A stretch of 49,863 bases of DNA, taken from a virus. The stretch lies in UHGV virus genome UHGV-1522688; one strand, 5' to 3'. The notes under the pieces were generated by a model. It was given only the letters and a program-made list of their open reading frames with translations, was not told the origin of the DNA and did not search any database. Of the stretch, positions 7,455-18,600 are shown piece after piece; the first letter of the stretch is position 1; each line of letters opens with the position of its first letter. The translations under genes and the position numbers were made by a program.

Positions 7455-10400
7455 CAGAATACCCCTGTTAATTTGCCAATCTGCACGCGGAGAACGCCAT
7501 TGCCATCTTTAACGCTGTAATTCAGATTGGTCATTTTCGTTGCCCCCTCCCCGGCAACAGCCCCATTCATTTCAAACGTTCCGTCTGATTTCATAATGGT
7601 GCCTGTTTGTCCCTGAACATAATTAGCGGAGCGCAGTTCGCCAATTTTTGCCAGAGTGATTTGACTATACTGAATAAAAGCATCGCTGATAAACACCTGA
7701 CCATTAATAGAAGCAAACGGAGAATATTGTGTATCACCGCTGCCACTCATCAGGACGAACTGATTGGCGTTAAAGCCGACACGGGTGACTACCGGCTTAC
7801 CCGCTTCGGCCAGCACGGCAATCGACATCCCGGCGTTATACATCACACCGTTTATTCGAACTCCGGTTTTAAGAGTGTAAATTGCAGATGCCCCGGTCGC
7901 ATCAACCACGGCGGTGAGCTTATCTTCCAGCGCGGCAGTCACATCATTGAACTGCGCCTGCACCTGCGTCGACATTTCAGCCATGGCTTTATCGACCTGC
8001 GCAATGGTCGTTTTAACCACCAGAATATCCGCGCGTACCTCGCCGTACTGCGCCCACTGGTGTTCCACGGTTGCATGGTTGGCCAGCGCGTTCTGCAATG
8101 CGGCTTCGAGATTGGTATCAATGTCGCCAGTCAGGCGGTCACCGTCGGCAGATGTCAGGAAGTCATCAGCAATATCGCCCAGGTAGTCGTCAGCATTCGC
8201 ATTAGATTCACCACGAACCCAGTCGGTCCAGTCACTCTGATTACCAATGCGATCAACCAGACGAGCCCGGTACCAGAACTCCTGACCTGCCTTCAAACCC
8301 AGTTGGGTATATGTGTGTTGAGGATACGGAACTCCTGCAAGCAGCAGAGGATTATCCCCATTTCCGTTTGCTGAATACTGCAGTTCGGTCTGGAGAGTAT
8401 CACCTGTATCCGCCGGAAAGGACCAGTCAGCCTGTATGCCCCAGTTGATTGCTGTGGTGCGCAGACCAACCGGCTTGGGAACATCCCCAGTACGTCCAGT
8501 GAGATGAGTCAGCACAGAAGAGGTCCACAAACTGGACGCTCCACCAGAGTTAATGGCGCGGACTCTCACGAGGTAATCGCCTGAGAAAATCCCGGCGATC
8601 TCTATATTGCGCAAGCCTGTTTCGGGAATGTTGATCCACTCATTATCACCACGTTTCCACTGTGCCTGATACGCGACAATATCCGCCTGAGGTTTCCCGT
8701 TTTTATCTACTGGCGCATCCCAACTCGCAACCATGGTTGCAATACGCTGCCCCTGCCGGACCGAGTCGTAACTGCTAATCGCGATATTCGTGGGCTGGCT
8801 AACCAGGCCTATCGGTAACAGACTAATCGGCGGCGTATCCAGCCGGGCGTTGTTATCAACGGCATCGTACTTAGCCCCGTTGTACTCTGCACCGGTGATA
8901 CTGTAGGTGTTCTCTTCATCGTTAAATGTCAGATTGGTTACACGGAAATACTGGAGGCGCAACTGGCCTGCATCGATAACAAAAATGGCATTAGGTTGTG
9001 GCTCAGCGGTAAAGGCAGTAGCCAGTATCAGTTGCTGGCCGTTAACCGCCTGAATGGTTCTGCTCTCAACGGTACCGCCCAGGGTACGAATCATCAGCGT
9101 ATCACCCGCCACCGCACTCGTGCCGCGATCGGTAGTTACTGACTTCAACCCTGCATCGTAATCAGTAATACGTCCACCATAGACACGCCCAGACAGCCGC
9201 TCATCTGCAAACGCAAATACGGTCCCCGGCACATAAGCGAAGCCATCGAGTCCCGTCTGGACAGTGATAATACGGTCCAGAGAATTGGAGTACACTGCCC
9301 AACCACCCCGGCGCTGAGCTTCGCTTTCACGTGTGCAGCCAATCGCGGTTAGCTGAGTCTGCTTAAACTTGAACTGCTTAACCAGATCGGGAAACATCAC
9401 TGCAGTAGTGCGATCCTGATAGTGGTTATCCGGGTCACTAAAGTTAATCAGCGCTGAGCTATAGCGATTCTTTTCACTGCCGCTGGAATAGGTTGGTTTC
9501 CCGACCACAGAGGCACGGGTGAGGATCTGAAGTTTTGACGTATCCGCAGGCATATCAGAGACAACATTGAACATGTTGTTGCCCCAGAAAGTCATTCCGT
9601 TGAAGCCCGCGGCAATATCTTTAATCACCTGCCAGGCATCAGCCTGGGACTGGATGTAAACGTCAAACATGAAGCGTGGCTCGGTAACGCTTCCGCCTTT
9701 CCCGTCGGGTACCTTCTGGTCGCAGCGCTGGGCGATGCGATAGAGCTCCCACTTATCGAGCATTTCTGGCGTCACGCGGCGCCCAAGACCGAAGCGCGGC
9801 TCAGTCACAACATCGAACCAAATCCACGCCGGGTTATTCGTCCAGCCCCATTTAAACGTCCCGTCCCATGTTCCGCTATAAGTCCGCGCTATTGGATCAT
9901 AGTTCGAAGGGATTCGGATGATGCGCCCCTTCGGCATGCAGGAAATCTTAGGGATGTTGTTGAATGACTTTGCGTTAAAGGACACGTACAGCAGCGCTGT
10001 GTGTGGATATCGTAGGCGAGCATCGATCACCTCAGTAATCGCTTGCACCTGCGTTTTGTTCTGCAGCATCTGGCTGGTGCTGTCATCGGTGTCACGCACC
10101 ACTCGAATTTGCCAGCCAGTGCTGGCTTTGGGAAGATTAATACGGTGGGTTAGTTCATAGAGCGAACTGAGCTTCTCTGTGACGGTTTTAGTCATGACTG
10201 TCGAGTAAGCGCCACCGTCCACCGCAAGGTCAATATGGTACTGAACCGTGGTGCCGACAATATCCCCATCGTTTTCCTGCTGCTGTAACCCAGGGATGCC
10301 AATACGAACCAGCACCGCGTCAATCTGGGTGTTACTCAGTGCGCGGGTCCATGGTGTGGCCTTTGTCAGCGATACGCCAACCGTAGTTTCATTCTCGACT

Positions 10401-10663
10401 GCAGGGAATCCCGGTATTGGTGTCTGTGTCTGTGTGCCAGGCCGGAATTCCCATGACACATTTTCAAAATTCATCGTTCCGTCGGGGTTTCCCAACGGCG
10501 TACCGTCCAGGAATATCCGGGTCGCATCCAGGCCACCAGCAAACTCACCCTCCCCGAGCGCCAGCAGCATGCGGCAGCGCGCCATTGACTGAGCCGAATC
10601 GGGCTGTTCTACAGGTGTATGCTGCTTCTGGCTGCCACCCTTTGCACCAGTGATCACTTCCAT
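7454..10663 (-). CDS. J: host specificity protein J (central tail fiber / tail tip)
   Basis: Start taken at MEVITGAKGGSQKQHTP; long blocks similar to lambda gpJ (e.g. 'IPSNYDP...YSGTWDGTFK', 'DKWELYRIAQRCDQKVPDG'). Confidence 0.9.
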   Translation of the reverse strand: MEVITGAKGGSQKQHTPVEQPDSAQSMARCRMLLALGEGEFAGGLDATRIFLDGTPLGNPDGTMNFENVSWEFRPGTQTQTPIPGFPAVENETTVGVSLTKATPWTRALSNTQIDAVLVRIGIPGLQQQENDGDIVGTTVQYHIDLAVDGGAYSTVMTKTVTEKLSSLYELTHRINLPKASTGWQIRVVRDTDDSTSQMLQNKTQVQAITEVIDARLRYPHTALLYVSFNAKSFNNIPKISCMPKGRIIRIPSNYDPIARTYSGTWDGTFKWGWTNNPAWIWFDVVTEPRFGLGRRVTPEMLDKWELYRIAQRCDQKVPDGKGGSVTEPRFMFDVYIQSQADAWQVIKDIAAGFNGMTFWGNNMFNVVSDMPADTSKLQILTRASVVGKPTYSSGSEKNRYSSALINFSDPDNHYQDRTTAVMFPDLVKQFKFKQTQLTAIGCTRESEAQRRGGWAVYSNSLDRIITVQTGLDGFAYVPGTVFAFADERLSGRVYGGRITDYDAGLKSVTTDRGTSAVAGDTLMIRTLGGTVESRTIQAVNGQQLILATAFTAEPQPNAIFVIDAGQLRLQYFRVTNLTFNDEENTYSITGAEYNGAKYDAVDNNARLDTPPISLLPIGLVSQPTNIAISSYDSVRQGQRIATMVASWDAPVDKNGKPQADIVAYQAQWKRGDNEWINIPETGLRNIEIAGIFSGDYLVRVRAINSGGASSLWTSSVLTHLTGRTGDVPKPVGLRTTAINWGIQADWSFPADTGDTLQTELQYSANGNGDNPLLLAGVPYPQHTYTQLGLKAGQEFWYRARLVDRIGNQSDWTDWVRGESNANADDYLGDIADDFLTSADGDRLTGDIDTNLEAALQNALANHATVEHQWAQYGEVRADILVVKTTIAQVDKAMAEMSTQVQAQFNDVTAALEDKLTAVVDATGASAIYTLKTGVRINGVMYNAGMSIAVLAEAGKPVVTRVGFNANQFVLMSGSGDTQYSPFASINGQVFISDAFIQYSQITLAKIGELRSANYVQGQTGTIMKSDGTFEMNGAVAGEGATKMTNLNYSVKDGNGVLRVQIGKLTGVF

Positions 10664-10718
10664 ATTACATCCATAAAAAAAGCACCCAATTGGGTGCTTG
10701 ATATTCAGAAAGGAGTTT

Positions 10719-11312
10719 TCAGATGTCTTCTGCGACGATGCCAGCACTGATGATGGCGCCGCCAATCTCGCGCTCACCATAAAGAAGCGCGACCGGGTTA
10801 CCCATCGCAAGGGTGTTCACCGAGCCACCGAAGGCATATGAGGGTCTATTGTCAGGATCGTCTCGCCCCTGTAGTCCTTTGGGCTGGGGCGAAAGCATCT
10901 GGTAAATCCCACCAGCCATCATTCCGATACCAGCGGAGACCATACCCGCGCCAATGATACCTGCTGAACCGAACGTCATGCCCGTGACGACGATGCCCGC
11001 CACAACCATGACAGCACCCAATATTGTCTGGAACAAACCCGCTTTTTTTGCCCCTTCCATCACGGGTGCTATGCGAATATCGGTGCTTCCGGCTAGGTTC
11101 TTAAAATCATCCGCGCCAATGTTGCGCCTGCCGCGAAACACCGCGAACGTCATACCATTCTTTTTGGCGTTCAAAAGATAGCTTTCCAGCCCGTCCAGGT
11201 TGATACATAACGCCTTCACGGCTTCCGCTGACGTCTGCACCGCCAGTTTATGCACGCGCCCAAATCGCGCACCCAGCGCACCGTACAATCGAATCGTGGT
11301 TAAGCGCGCCAT
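10719..11312 (-). CDS. I: tail assembly protein I
   Basis: 197 aa, position between K and J, Gly/Ala-rich hydrophobic C-terminal half typical of gpI. Confidence 0.7.
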   Translation of the reverse strand: MARLTTIRLYGALGARFGRVHKLAVQTSAEAVKALCINLDGLESYLLNAKKNGMTFAVFRGRRNIGADDFKNLAGSTDIRIAPVMEGAKKAGLFQTILGAVMVVAGIVVTGMTFGSAGIIGAGMVSAGIGMMAGGIYQMLSPQPKGLQGRDDPDNRPSYAFGGSVNTLAMGNPVALLYGEREIGGAIISAGIVAEDI

Positions 11313-12031
11313 GGCTGAATCTCCTGCGGCAAATATTTATGACGAACGCAGATCATCATCCTGTCTTTGAAATAACCTCGCGCATACGGCGTGATGCAGG
11401 ATGGTTGCCCGTACAGATGGTGAAGCAGCTCGCCTTCCTCGGTAATGATCCCCGCGTGGTTCCACTTACTGGATTCAACCTGCATGATGACCATACAGCC
11501 TGGCGACGGGTCGCATTCGACAAACCCCTCCCGTTCCCAGTTATCGAAATAGAGGTTGTCAGGGTACTGGCTTTCCCACCACGGGTATTCAACGCGAAAA
11601 TCAGTCAGCATTACACCCTGGGTGGCATGCCAGTCCATGATCAGCCCCCAGCAGTCGTGAGAGCCAAGGATGAACGGGCGTCCTATCAGCGGGATAGCGT
11701 CCGGCGTTAACTCAGCATATTCATCGCAGTCCGGCGCGTAGATGCCCCAGACCACACTGGAGTTATTGCACTGCTGGCGGTCCAAATCGGACGGAATAGG
11801 CCGGGCACCGTCGCCTGGGTGGGAGTGTATGACTCTAATAATGGTTCCTGCGTCCTCGGCATTTGCCCAGTGCTCACCATCAATACGGAAATGCTCAGAT
11901 GGGTTTTCATGACTGTTCGGTACCGGAATATATCGCTGACGCCTTCCTGACTGGATGACAAAGCCGCAGCACTCGCGTGGCGATTCCTCCATAGCATGCG
12001 CCCGGATAGCGTTCATTATCGTTTTGTTCAT
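11300..12031 (-). CDS. K: tail assembly protein K (NlpC/P60 + JAB/MPN-like)
   Basis: 243 aa; 'VIHSHPGDGARPIPSDLD' (JAMM-like) and 'GSHDCWGLIMDWH' (NlpC/P60 Cys-His); position between L and I. Confidence 0.8.
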   Translation of the reverse strand: MNKTIMNAIRAHAMEESPRECCGFVIQSGRRQRYIPVPNSHENPSEHFRIDGEHWANAEDAGTIIRVIHSHPGDGARPIPSDLDRQQCNNSSVVWGIYAPDCDEYAELTPDAIPLIGRPFILGSHDCWGLIMDWHATQGVMLTDFRVEYPWWESQYPDNLYFDNWEREGFVECDPSPGCMVIMQVESSKWNHAGIITEEGELLHHLYGQPSCITPYARGYFKDRMMICVRHKYLPQEIQPWRA

Positions 12032-12043
12032 ATTGAAGTCCGG

Positions 12044-12817
12044 TTATCGGGAGAAGAGAACAGTTGCCGGGAATCCCCCAAAATCGAGGGTGGCAGTATT
12101 GGGTTCAGCCAGGCCCGCACCAAATCGCTTGCGGCAATCGCTCAGGCAACCACCGCACACGTCCAGCGCAGGGTCAGCGACCACATTCCCCCTCGCATCA
12201 AAATATGCTGTTCCATTGTAGGTGCAGCCGTCACCGCCGCGGTACTGGCCGCGCAGCGCCCACTCGCACAGCGATGTAATTTGACGGGTGGGAATAACCA
12301 GGTTCTGCAGGTCTGCAGGACTACTCAACGCCCACGTCACCTCTTCATCATCTTCAGAGGTTTTAGTGTCCAGCCAGAAGGTCTGCAGGGAGAACATCGT
12401 CGGGTCTGCTGTCGGATTCACCCCGCCCGGGAAGTTCACCGCATCGAGGTAAACAGCGTAGGTGTCGATAATACTCACCTTTGCATTCACCATATCCTTG
12501 AACTGGAGGCACAACGCAGTGATATGCCCGTCAAGGTTCGATACGCTCAGCTTCGGTTCTGCGGCCTGGTCGGTTGAAAGTGCGAGGTCAGAAATCTGGA
12601 AGGGCCAGAAGTCGAAGGTTTTGCCATCCCAGATGATGGGCTTTGGTCCAAGCTTAGCTTCATCTCCGTTCGCCGCTTCAATCTCGGCGGGCGTATGGGG
12701 AAACGGACTGTAGTGAAAGCGGTGAATACCGCCGCTGAACTCTGAAGCATCTACTTCAACCAGCCGGACTCTACCGCCCGGCGCCAGCATTGCAGCTGTA
12801 TCAATCAGTGCTGTCAT
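12044..12817 (-). CDS. L: minor tail protein L
   Basis: 257 aa; Cys cluster 'CTYNGTAYFDARGN...CGGCLSDCRKRFG' as in lambda gpL. Confidence 0.85.
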   Translation of the reverse strand: MTALIDTAAMLAPGGRVRLVEVDASEFSGGIHRFHYSPFPHTPAEIEAANGDEAKLGPKPIIWDGKTFDFWPFQISDLALSTDQAAEPKLSVSNLDGHITALCLQFKDMVNAKVSIIDTYAVYLDAVNFPGGVNPTADPTMFSLQTFWLDTKTSEDDEEVTWALSSPADLQNLVIPTRQITSLCEWALRGQYRGGDGCTYNGTAYFDARGNVVADPALDVCGGCLSDCRKRFGAGLAEPNTATLDFGGFPATVLFSR

Positions 12818-12825
12818 GCTCCACC

Positions 12826-13176
12826 TCAGGCATAGACGCCATAGGCGCGCTTAATCGTGAATGTCAGCTCAGCGAATTTGCTGCTGAGTTGGTTTTTACG
12901 CACCGAATCGGTCACGACGCGATACAGACCCATCTCCTCGCCCGGCGGCGTGATGACGAATGCTTTAACGGTATGTGCCAGAAGGAAGTCACGAACAGTA
13001 TTCACTTCTGAGTCAGCGCCCACATGCTTCATCGGTATCTGAATCGCCGTGGAATTAATGCCGTTCTCAGCCACCTGCTCGTAGCCATCACCAAACTGCG
13101 CCGAGCGCACCGTTTGACTGTATTCGACAGCACCCGCGCCGAGTTGCGAGTGCCAGTTGTAGGTATCAACTGCCAT
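12826..13176 (-). CDS. M: minor tail protein M
   Basis: 116 aa; 'FGDGYEQ' motif as in lambda gpM; position. Confidence 0.75.
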   Translation of the reverse strand: MAVDTYNWHSQLGAGAVEYSQTVRSAQFGDGYEQVAENGINSTAIQIPMKHVGADSEVNTVRDFLLAHTVKAFVITPPGEEMGLYRVVTDSVRKNQLSSKFAELTFTIKRAYGVYA

Positions 13177-13369
13177 ATATACTCCATAAAAAAAACCCAG
13201 CCTGAGCTGGGTTAAACATTAGGTTATTGATTAAGCTGATGAAAAATTAACCTGAAATAACATCCTTGAAAAAAGAATTAGTTACTTCACACATATAAAA
13301 TGATGAAATATGCGACACTCCGTCAATATTTTTATCCATCATAGCTAACCAATTCACAGGGATAGTTTA

Positions 13370-14983
13370 ATGAATATTGTGCATTATGCAGCCATTGGAG
13401 CTGTAGCTTTCGTAGTTGTTCTAACAATTTTGGTGATAAACATCATTAAATTAAAGTCAGCCAAGGCTGATGCAGCAGAAAAGGCGGCAAAACTTGAGCG
13501 TTACGCGTCAATCACCAATGCTGAAACAGAAGCTGAACGAATCGTGAATGCAGCTAAGCAAACCGCAGAAGAGTTAATTATTGATTCGCAGAATAACCTT
13601 GACGAGGCAAAAGCTGAAGCAGCCAACACTATTGCAGCCAGTGAAAAAGATGCAAGATCTATAACACAGCGTGCGGAGGATATTCTATCAGATGCGCGTT
13701 TAGCAGCTAAGCGAATGAACGCAGAGGCGCTGACCGCTGTAGAAACACAAAGAGTCAAGCGTGCAGAAATTGAAAAACAGATTGATGAATTGCGTAAATC
13801 CTATCGTGAGAAAAAAATCACTTACGATGAGCTGACGGAAGCCCTGTCAATTTATAAAGATGATATGGAATTTGCTGACATGGGGTTCTATGCACCACAC
13901 TTCGATTTTGATACCTCGGCTAGTTTTCAGGATGCGATCAAGGCATGTCGCGAACGGCAAAAAAATCTGCTACGTGACAAAACTGAATTTGGCGCAATAC
14001 ATTGCCCTACTGAATGGACGGTTGGCGGCTCTAAAAGTGAAGGTCGGAAAATGACCACTCGCGGCATTCAGATGACAGCACGTGCATTCAATGGTGAGTG
14101 TGATGCAGCTATTGCAAACTGCACATTTAAAAACGTTTATCAAATGGAGCAAAGAATTTATAAAGCCTTTGATGCCTTGAATAAGATGAATGAGGTTAAC
14201 CAGATTTACATCAATCGTGCTTTTTTAGATTTGAAGCTGGATGAACTTCGACTTACACATGAATATCGTTTGAAAAAACAAGAAGAACGAGAAGAACAAC
14301 GTGAAATCCGCGCTCAGATGGCTGAGGAGAAGCGAGCTCAAGCCGAAATTGATCGTGCACTTCGAGAGGCTGAAGATGAAGAACGCCGCGCCCAAAAAGC
14401 GTTGGATAAAGCCCGAAAAGAAATGGAATCGAAGCTAGCCCAAATGACAGCTGAGCAAGTTGAGAAACACCAAGCGAAGGTATCCGAATTAGAACATGCC
14501 TTAGAAGAGGCATTGTTGAAAGGCCAAAAAGCTCTTTCTATGGCTCAACAAACTAAACGCGGCCACGTGTACGTTATCTCTAATATTGGTTCGTTTGGTG
14601 ATGATGTTTTTAAAATAGGAATGACACGTCGACTTGACCCTCAAGATCGAGTGGATGAACTGGGTAGTGCATCAGTCCCATTCCTGTTCGATGTTCATGC
14701 AATGATTTTCAGTGAAGATGCACCAACAATGGAAAACATGCTCCACCAGCGTTTCAATGAGCAACGCACTAACCTAGTTAATAAGCGTAAAGAGTTTTTC
14801 AATGTAAAATTAAGCGATATCAAAGATGCTGTGTTTGAGATCGCAGGTAAAGATGTAGATTTTATCGAAACAGCAACTGCTCAGCATTATTATGAAACAA
14901 AGGCAATTCGTAAGCAGAAAGCGGATATCATTTCAGTTGTTCCTCAAGAGGAAAAACTACCTAAATTTGCGGACGCAATATAA
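13370..14983 (+). CDS. membrane-anchored coiled-coil protein with DUF4041-like region and C-terminal T5orf172/MUG113 (GIY-YIG-like) domain; candidate defence/exclusion factor
   Basis: 537 aa; N-terminal hydrophobic helix (AIGAVAFVVVLTILVINII); long Ala/Glu/Lys/Arg-rich helical stretches; C-terminal 'GHVYVISNIGSFGDDVFKIGMTRRLDPQDRVDEL...VPF...LHQRFNEQRTNLVNKRKEFF' matches T5orf172 signature as recalled; opposite strand to the tail operon; A+T-rich. Confidence 0.7.
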   Translation: MNIVHYAAIGAVAFVVVLTILVINIIKLKSAKADAAEKAAKLERYASITNAETEAERIVNAAKQTAEELIIDSQNNLDEAKAEAANTIAASEKDARSITQRAEDILSDARLAAKRMNAEALTAVETQRVKRAEIEKQIDELRKSYREKKITYDELTEALSIYKDDMEFADMGFYAPHFDFDTSASFQDAIKACRERQKNLLRDKTEFGAIHCPTEWTVGGSKSEGRKMTTRGIQMTARAFNGECDAAIANCTFKNVYQMEQRIYKAFDALNKMNEVNQIYINRAFLDLKLDELRLTHEYRLKKQEEREEQREIRAQMAEEKRAQAEIDRALREAEDEERRAQKALDKARKEMESKLAQMTAEQVEKHQAKVSELEHALEEALLKGQKALSMAQQTKRGHVYVISNIGSFGDDVFKIGMTRRLDPQDRVDELGSASVPFLFDVHAMIFSEDAPTMENMLHQRFNEQRTNLVNKRKEFFNVKLSDIKDAVFEIAGKDVDFIETATAQHYYETKAIRKQKADIISVVPQEEKLPKFADAI

Positions 14984-15001
14984 CATTTCAATGACAAATT
15001 T

Positions 15002-15028
15002 AAGGGCGGTTTTTAATCGCCCTTTTAT
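15002..15028 (+). terminator. rho-independent terminator after moron gene
   Basis: stem aagggcg/cgccctt, loop gtttttaat, followed by TTTTATGTT. Confidence 0.55.
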
Positions 15029-15043
15029 GTTAAAAGTCATTAG

Positions 15044-15532
15044 TTACATGTTTTTGTAATAGCCGACTTTAGAATCAAAGTCCTGTTTTGCGAGTGGCGT
15101 TTGGCTTGTCACATAAGTCTCCCAGGAGCTGTACGCCTCTACGAGCGCGCGCTTTTCTTCTGCATCCTTAGTACTCGATTTCATTATTTCAAACACTCCA
15201 GAAGCATTCTCTTTGCGTTTGTTTTTTCTGTTAGCGCCGCAAGTCGCTATTGCATCGGCTACAGAATTATTCCACCCAACCAACTGCAGGATCTCCATTC
15301 TCTTTTGAATCACGAACTGATCCGCAGACGCATTCCGTGCCTGAGTCGACAGGTATTCAGCAAACTCCATTTTGTTCATTGGCACTTTGGAGACTGACTC
15401 AATATTTACGTCACACTTCGAAAGCTCATCATACTTGGCTTGTTTTTGCGCGTTGTTGACTGGACCATTGCCCGCGCACGCAGAAAGAGCCATTGCTAAC
15501 ACCACTGTCGTGAAGACCTTTTTCATTATCAT
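15044..15532 (-). CDS. lipoprotein of unknown function (moron)
   Basis: 162 aa; MKKVFTTVVLAMALSAC lipobox signal peptide; convergent with 13370-14983; A+T-rich. Confidence 0.6.
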   Translation of the reverse strand: MIMKKVFTTVVLAMALSACAGNGPVNNAQKQAKYDELSKCDVNIESVSKVPMNKMEFAEYLSTQARNASADQFVIQKRMEILQLVGWNNSVADAIATCGANRKNKRKENASGVFEIMKSSTKDAEEKRALVEAYSSWETYVTSQTPLAKQDFDSKVGYYKNM

Positions 15533-15626
15533 CCCCTGATTAGTATGGTTTTGACATAATAACCATGGGAGGCATCGGTGTAACCAGGTACGGGTTATAT
15601 TGCCATATCAGAATTTACGACGATGC

Positions 15627-18600
15627 CTATTTTGGCTGGAACTGCCTACCAAGGAGGCCATCACTTCGAGTTGCCCTCATAAGGATCTCCGTCACCTTAG
15701 TTTCTATTTCCTTCCCTAACGCCCGCGCTGCTGCGCCTCCGTCTCCAGATGTGTTAGATGTTGCATTGCCCTTATTATCGACATAAATATCAATGTTGAC
15801 CTGCGGCTGGGCTCCACCTCCACCCTGCGCCCTTACACCAAGTCTTCCAGCAGAATCCCGTGTCAGCGGCATGATGGCCTCTTCACCTGCCTCAGCAAAA
15901 ACTCCACCTTTGGCGAATTTAGATGCCCCTTGGAAGGTGAAATACTGAGGAGAGTCGTAGACGCCATTCACGTACTTACTGAGGCCCGGAGACTCATAGA
16001 CTCCGCCTTTTGCGTTCGGGGTGAATGATGGAACAGCGAATGATTGCCCGCCCCCAGCCGAAGCAACAGAGCCACCACTGATCCACCCCATTGCGGCCTG
16101 CACTGCATAGGCAACCATGAGGCGGTTCGTCACATCAAGGATCATCTTGAGCATGGATTTGCCGAATTCTTTAACTGATGCTTTGCCAGTGGTCATCAGC
16201 TCAGTCAGCATGTCGCCCAAGCCAGTCAGCGTGGAGCTGGCGACGTTTTTCACAGCATCGTATGTGTTAGTGGCAGCGTCCAGATACTCATTCCATCCGC
16301 TTAAAGCACCAGCCTTCCAATCACCGCGAAGCTTATCCTCTTCGGCGTAGTAGTTACGAAGGGCTGCCAGCTCTTTCTCATAGCCAGCATCTTCTAGCTT
16401 TCCGCCACCATTCAGCCATCCCTGACGAAGCTGCGCTTCTTCGGTCATTCGCTGAGCCATACGACTGCTTAAACCTGACCCGCTACGTAACGCCTCAGAC
16501 TTTTCAGCCATCTGCGTTACATACTTATTAGCCTGCTGTGCCAGGCCGTTAATCTTCTGCTGGGCCTCTACTTCTTTGTTCTTCTGATCCACAACCTTCG
16601 CGGCATTCAGAATGGCTTCTCGGCTAGACAGGAGTGACTTCTCCTGCGCGGTCAGTGCGCGGGTTTTGGCAGCCTCGTCCAGTTCCACAAAGCGTGACTG
16701 TTGTTTGCTGAATTCGGTATTTTTGGCGTGAATATCGCCGGTCTGACGCAGGGTTTCGAGGGTTTCCGTTAAGGTCCTTGCCTGCGCCCGGTAGTTCTCC
16801 AGGGTGCGATCGCCAGCATCGAGTGTTGCTTTCGCTTCTTTTGTCTTTTTGGCTGAGTCTTCTGCAAGCTTCGAGACTGCGTTTCTCGACTCGCGGCTCG
16901 AGCCCCCTTCCCCTTTAACGCTGGCACCTCGCGCTTCGGCTTCATAGCTTGCCTGTGCATTAGGCGCAGTGACCCGCTTCCAGAGTTCATCGTAGCGTTT
17001 TTTGTTCGCTGCGATCTCTTTGTCAGCTTCCGCCCCGGCCTTTTTCATAGCCTCAACATCCATGCCGAGGAAGTCGGTTATTGCTCCGCCGCCCGGGATT
17101 TTCTCAGCCCATCCTGCAATGGTCCCAGTAAACTTGGAATCCAGAGAGGTAATGTTGAGGAACAGGTCCTTTATCGAAGCTTCAACCAGGTTGAAAATAT
17201 CGATCACCTGATTTCCCCAGGCGCGGACAGTAATCCCGATATCATCAAAGGAGTCAGATGCTGTTTTCTTCAACCACTGCCAGGACTGCCCAATATTGTC
17301 GGTGGCCCTGTTGGTCTCTTCTGCGCGCTTTGCCATAACGCCAGCAAACAGGTTGATGGCTTCGTTTACCGCCGCCTGCTCCCCCTTCTGCTTACGCAAC
17401 TGGATGATGTGCTTCATCATGGCTTCATCAACAAAGCCATACTGCTCATTCAGGCTGGCCAGCCCTTTCACCGGGTCGCTGACAATCTTGCCGAAGTCGG
17501 ACATCGCCGTTTTGGTGTCACTGCCAGCCTTGCCCATCAGAGTGATGGACGTGGCGATCTGCTTCATCTGGCTGGCGGTATATTTACCAGTGTCATTCAG
17601 CGTAACCAGCGTATCTACGGTGGAACTGATGGATGTATTCGTCTTGCCGGCCACCTCTTCAGCAGCCTCATTGAGCTTCTGCATTGAGGAAAAACCAGCG
17701 CCACCCATCATGATGACCGATCGCGCCACTTGGTCGAATTGCTCGGATGAACTATATGCCGCAGTAGCCAGCAGACCAACCGTACCGACCAGACCTGCCA
17801 GCGCAATAGTGGTTGGGTTAATCATCCCAGCCATGCTGCGGATGTATTCGCCGACGCCAGTGAGCGCCCCCTGAACCCCGCCAAACTGGTCTTTAATCTG
17901 CCCGCCCTGTTGCAGCAGGATCAGGAAAGGAGACTGCCCACCAGCCAGCTGCGTGGCGATATCGGTGAACTGTGCTGGTAGTGTGCGCATTGCTGCGCTG
18001 TACTGGCCGACAGATATACCGGCACGACGCGCCGCAGCCTCCTGGCGAGATAGTGCCTCTGGCAGCACGTCAGCCACGCCAGACAGGCGCTCACGCGTCT
18101 GGTTCAGGATTGTATTGAAGTGCTCGAACTGCGCGCCGTTAATACGCCCCGCTTCGAAGTGTGCCACCAACTGCGCATGCTGCTCATCCAGCGAGTTAAA
18201 CGCGCGGATAGTCGGGTCGATAGAGCCCAGCAGGTTTTTCAGTGCTGCTGATTGTTTCTCGGCAGCCTGGGTCGCGGCCAGTTCTGCCTGGGCGCGCGCC
18301 GCTGCTTCTCCGGTATCCGTCAGTTTTAACCGGGTCTCGTCCAGGATTTTGTTGTAGTGCTGAAAATCATCAGTATCCAGGAAACCTTTGGTCTGGAAGT
18401 TGCGCAGTGCGGCCTGTTGTTCATCCAGCCGGTTCAGCGCCTTGTTAACTGGATCGATATTCTCCAGCAGCCCCTTCAGCGCGATCTGCTGTTCCTTGAT
18501 ACCTTCAGTGCCCTGTTTCGCAGACTCAGCACCAGCACGGAATACGCTATTAAGGTCATCAGCTTTGCCTACGGCACCCGCCGCGGCTTCACCGAGTTTA

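Noticed and set aside
7607-8374. 255-aa plus-strand ORF and other antisense ORFs inside J
   Set aside because: Antisense to a well-supported J homolog; typical spurious ORFs in GC-rich coding sequence
12044-13176. Plus-strand ORFs (193, 71, 83, 73, 61, 63 aa) overlapping L and M
   Set aside because: Antisense to conserved minor tail genes L and M
17296-18357. Plus-strand ORFs of 192 and 134 aa inside the tape measure gene
   Set aside because: Antisense to H; low-complexity Ala/Ser-rich translations typical of reverse-strand artefacts
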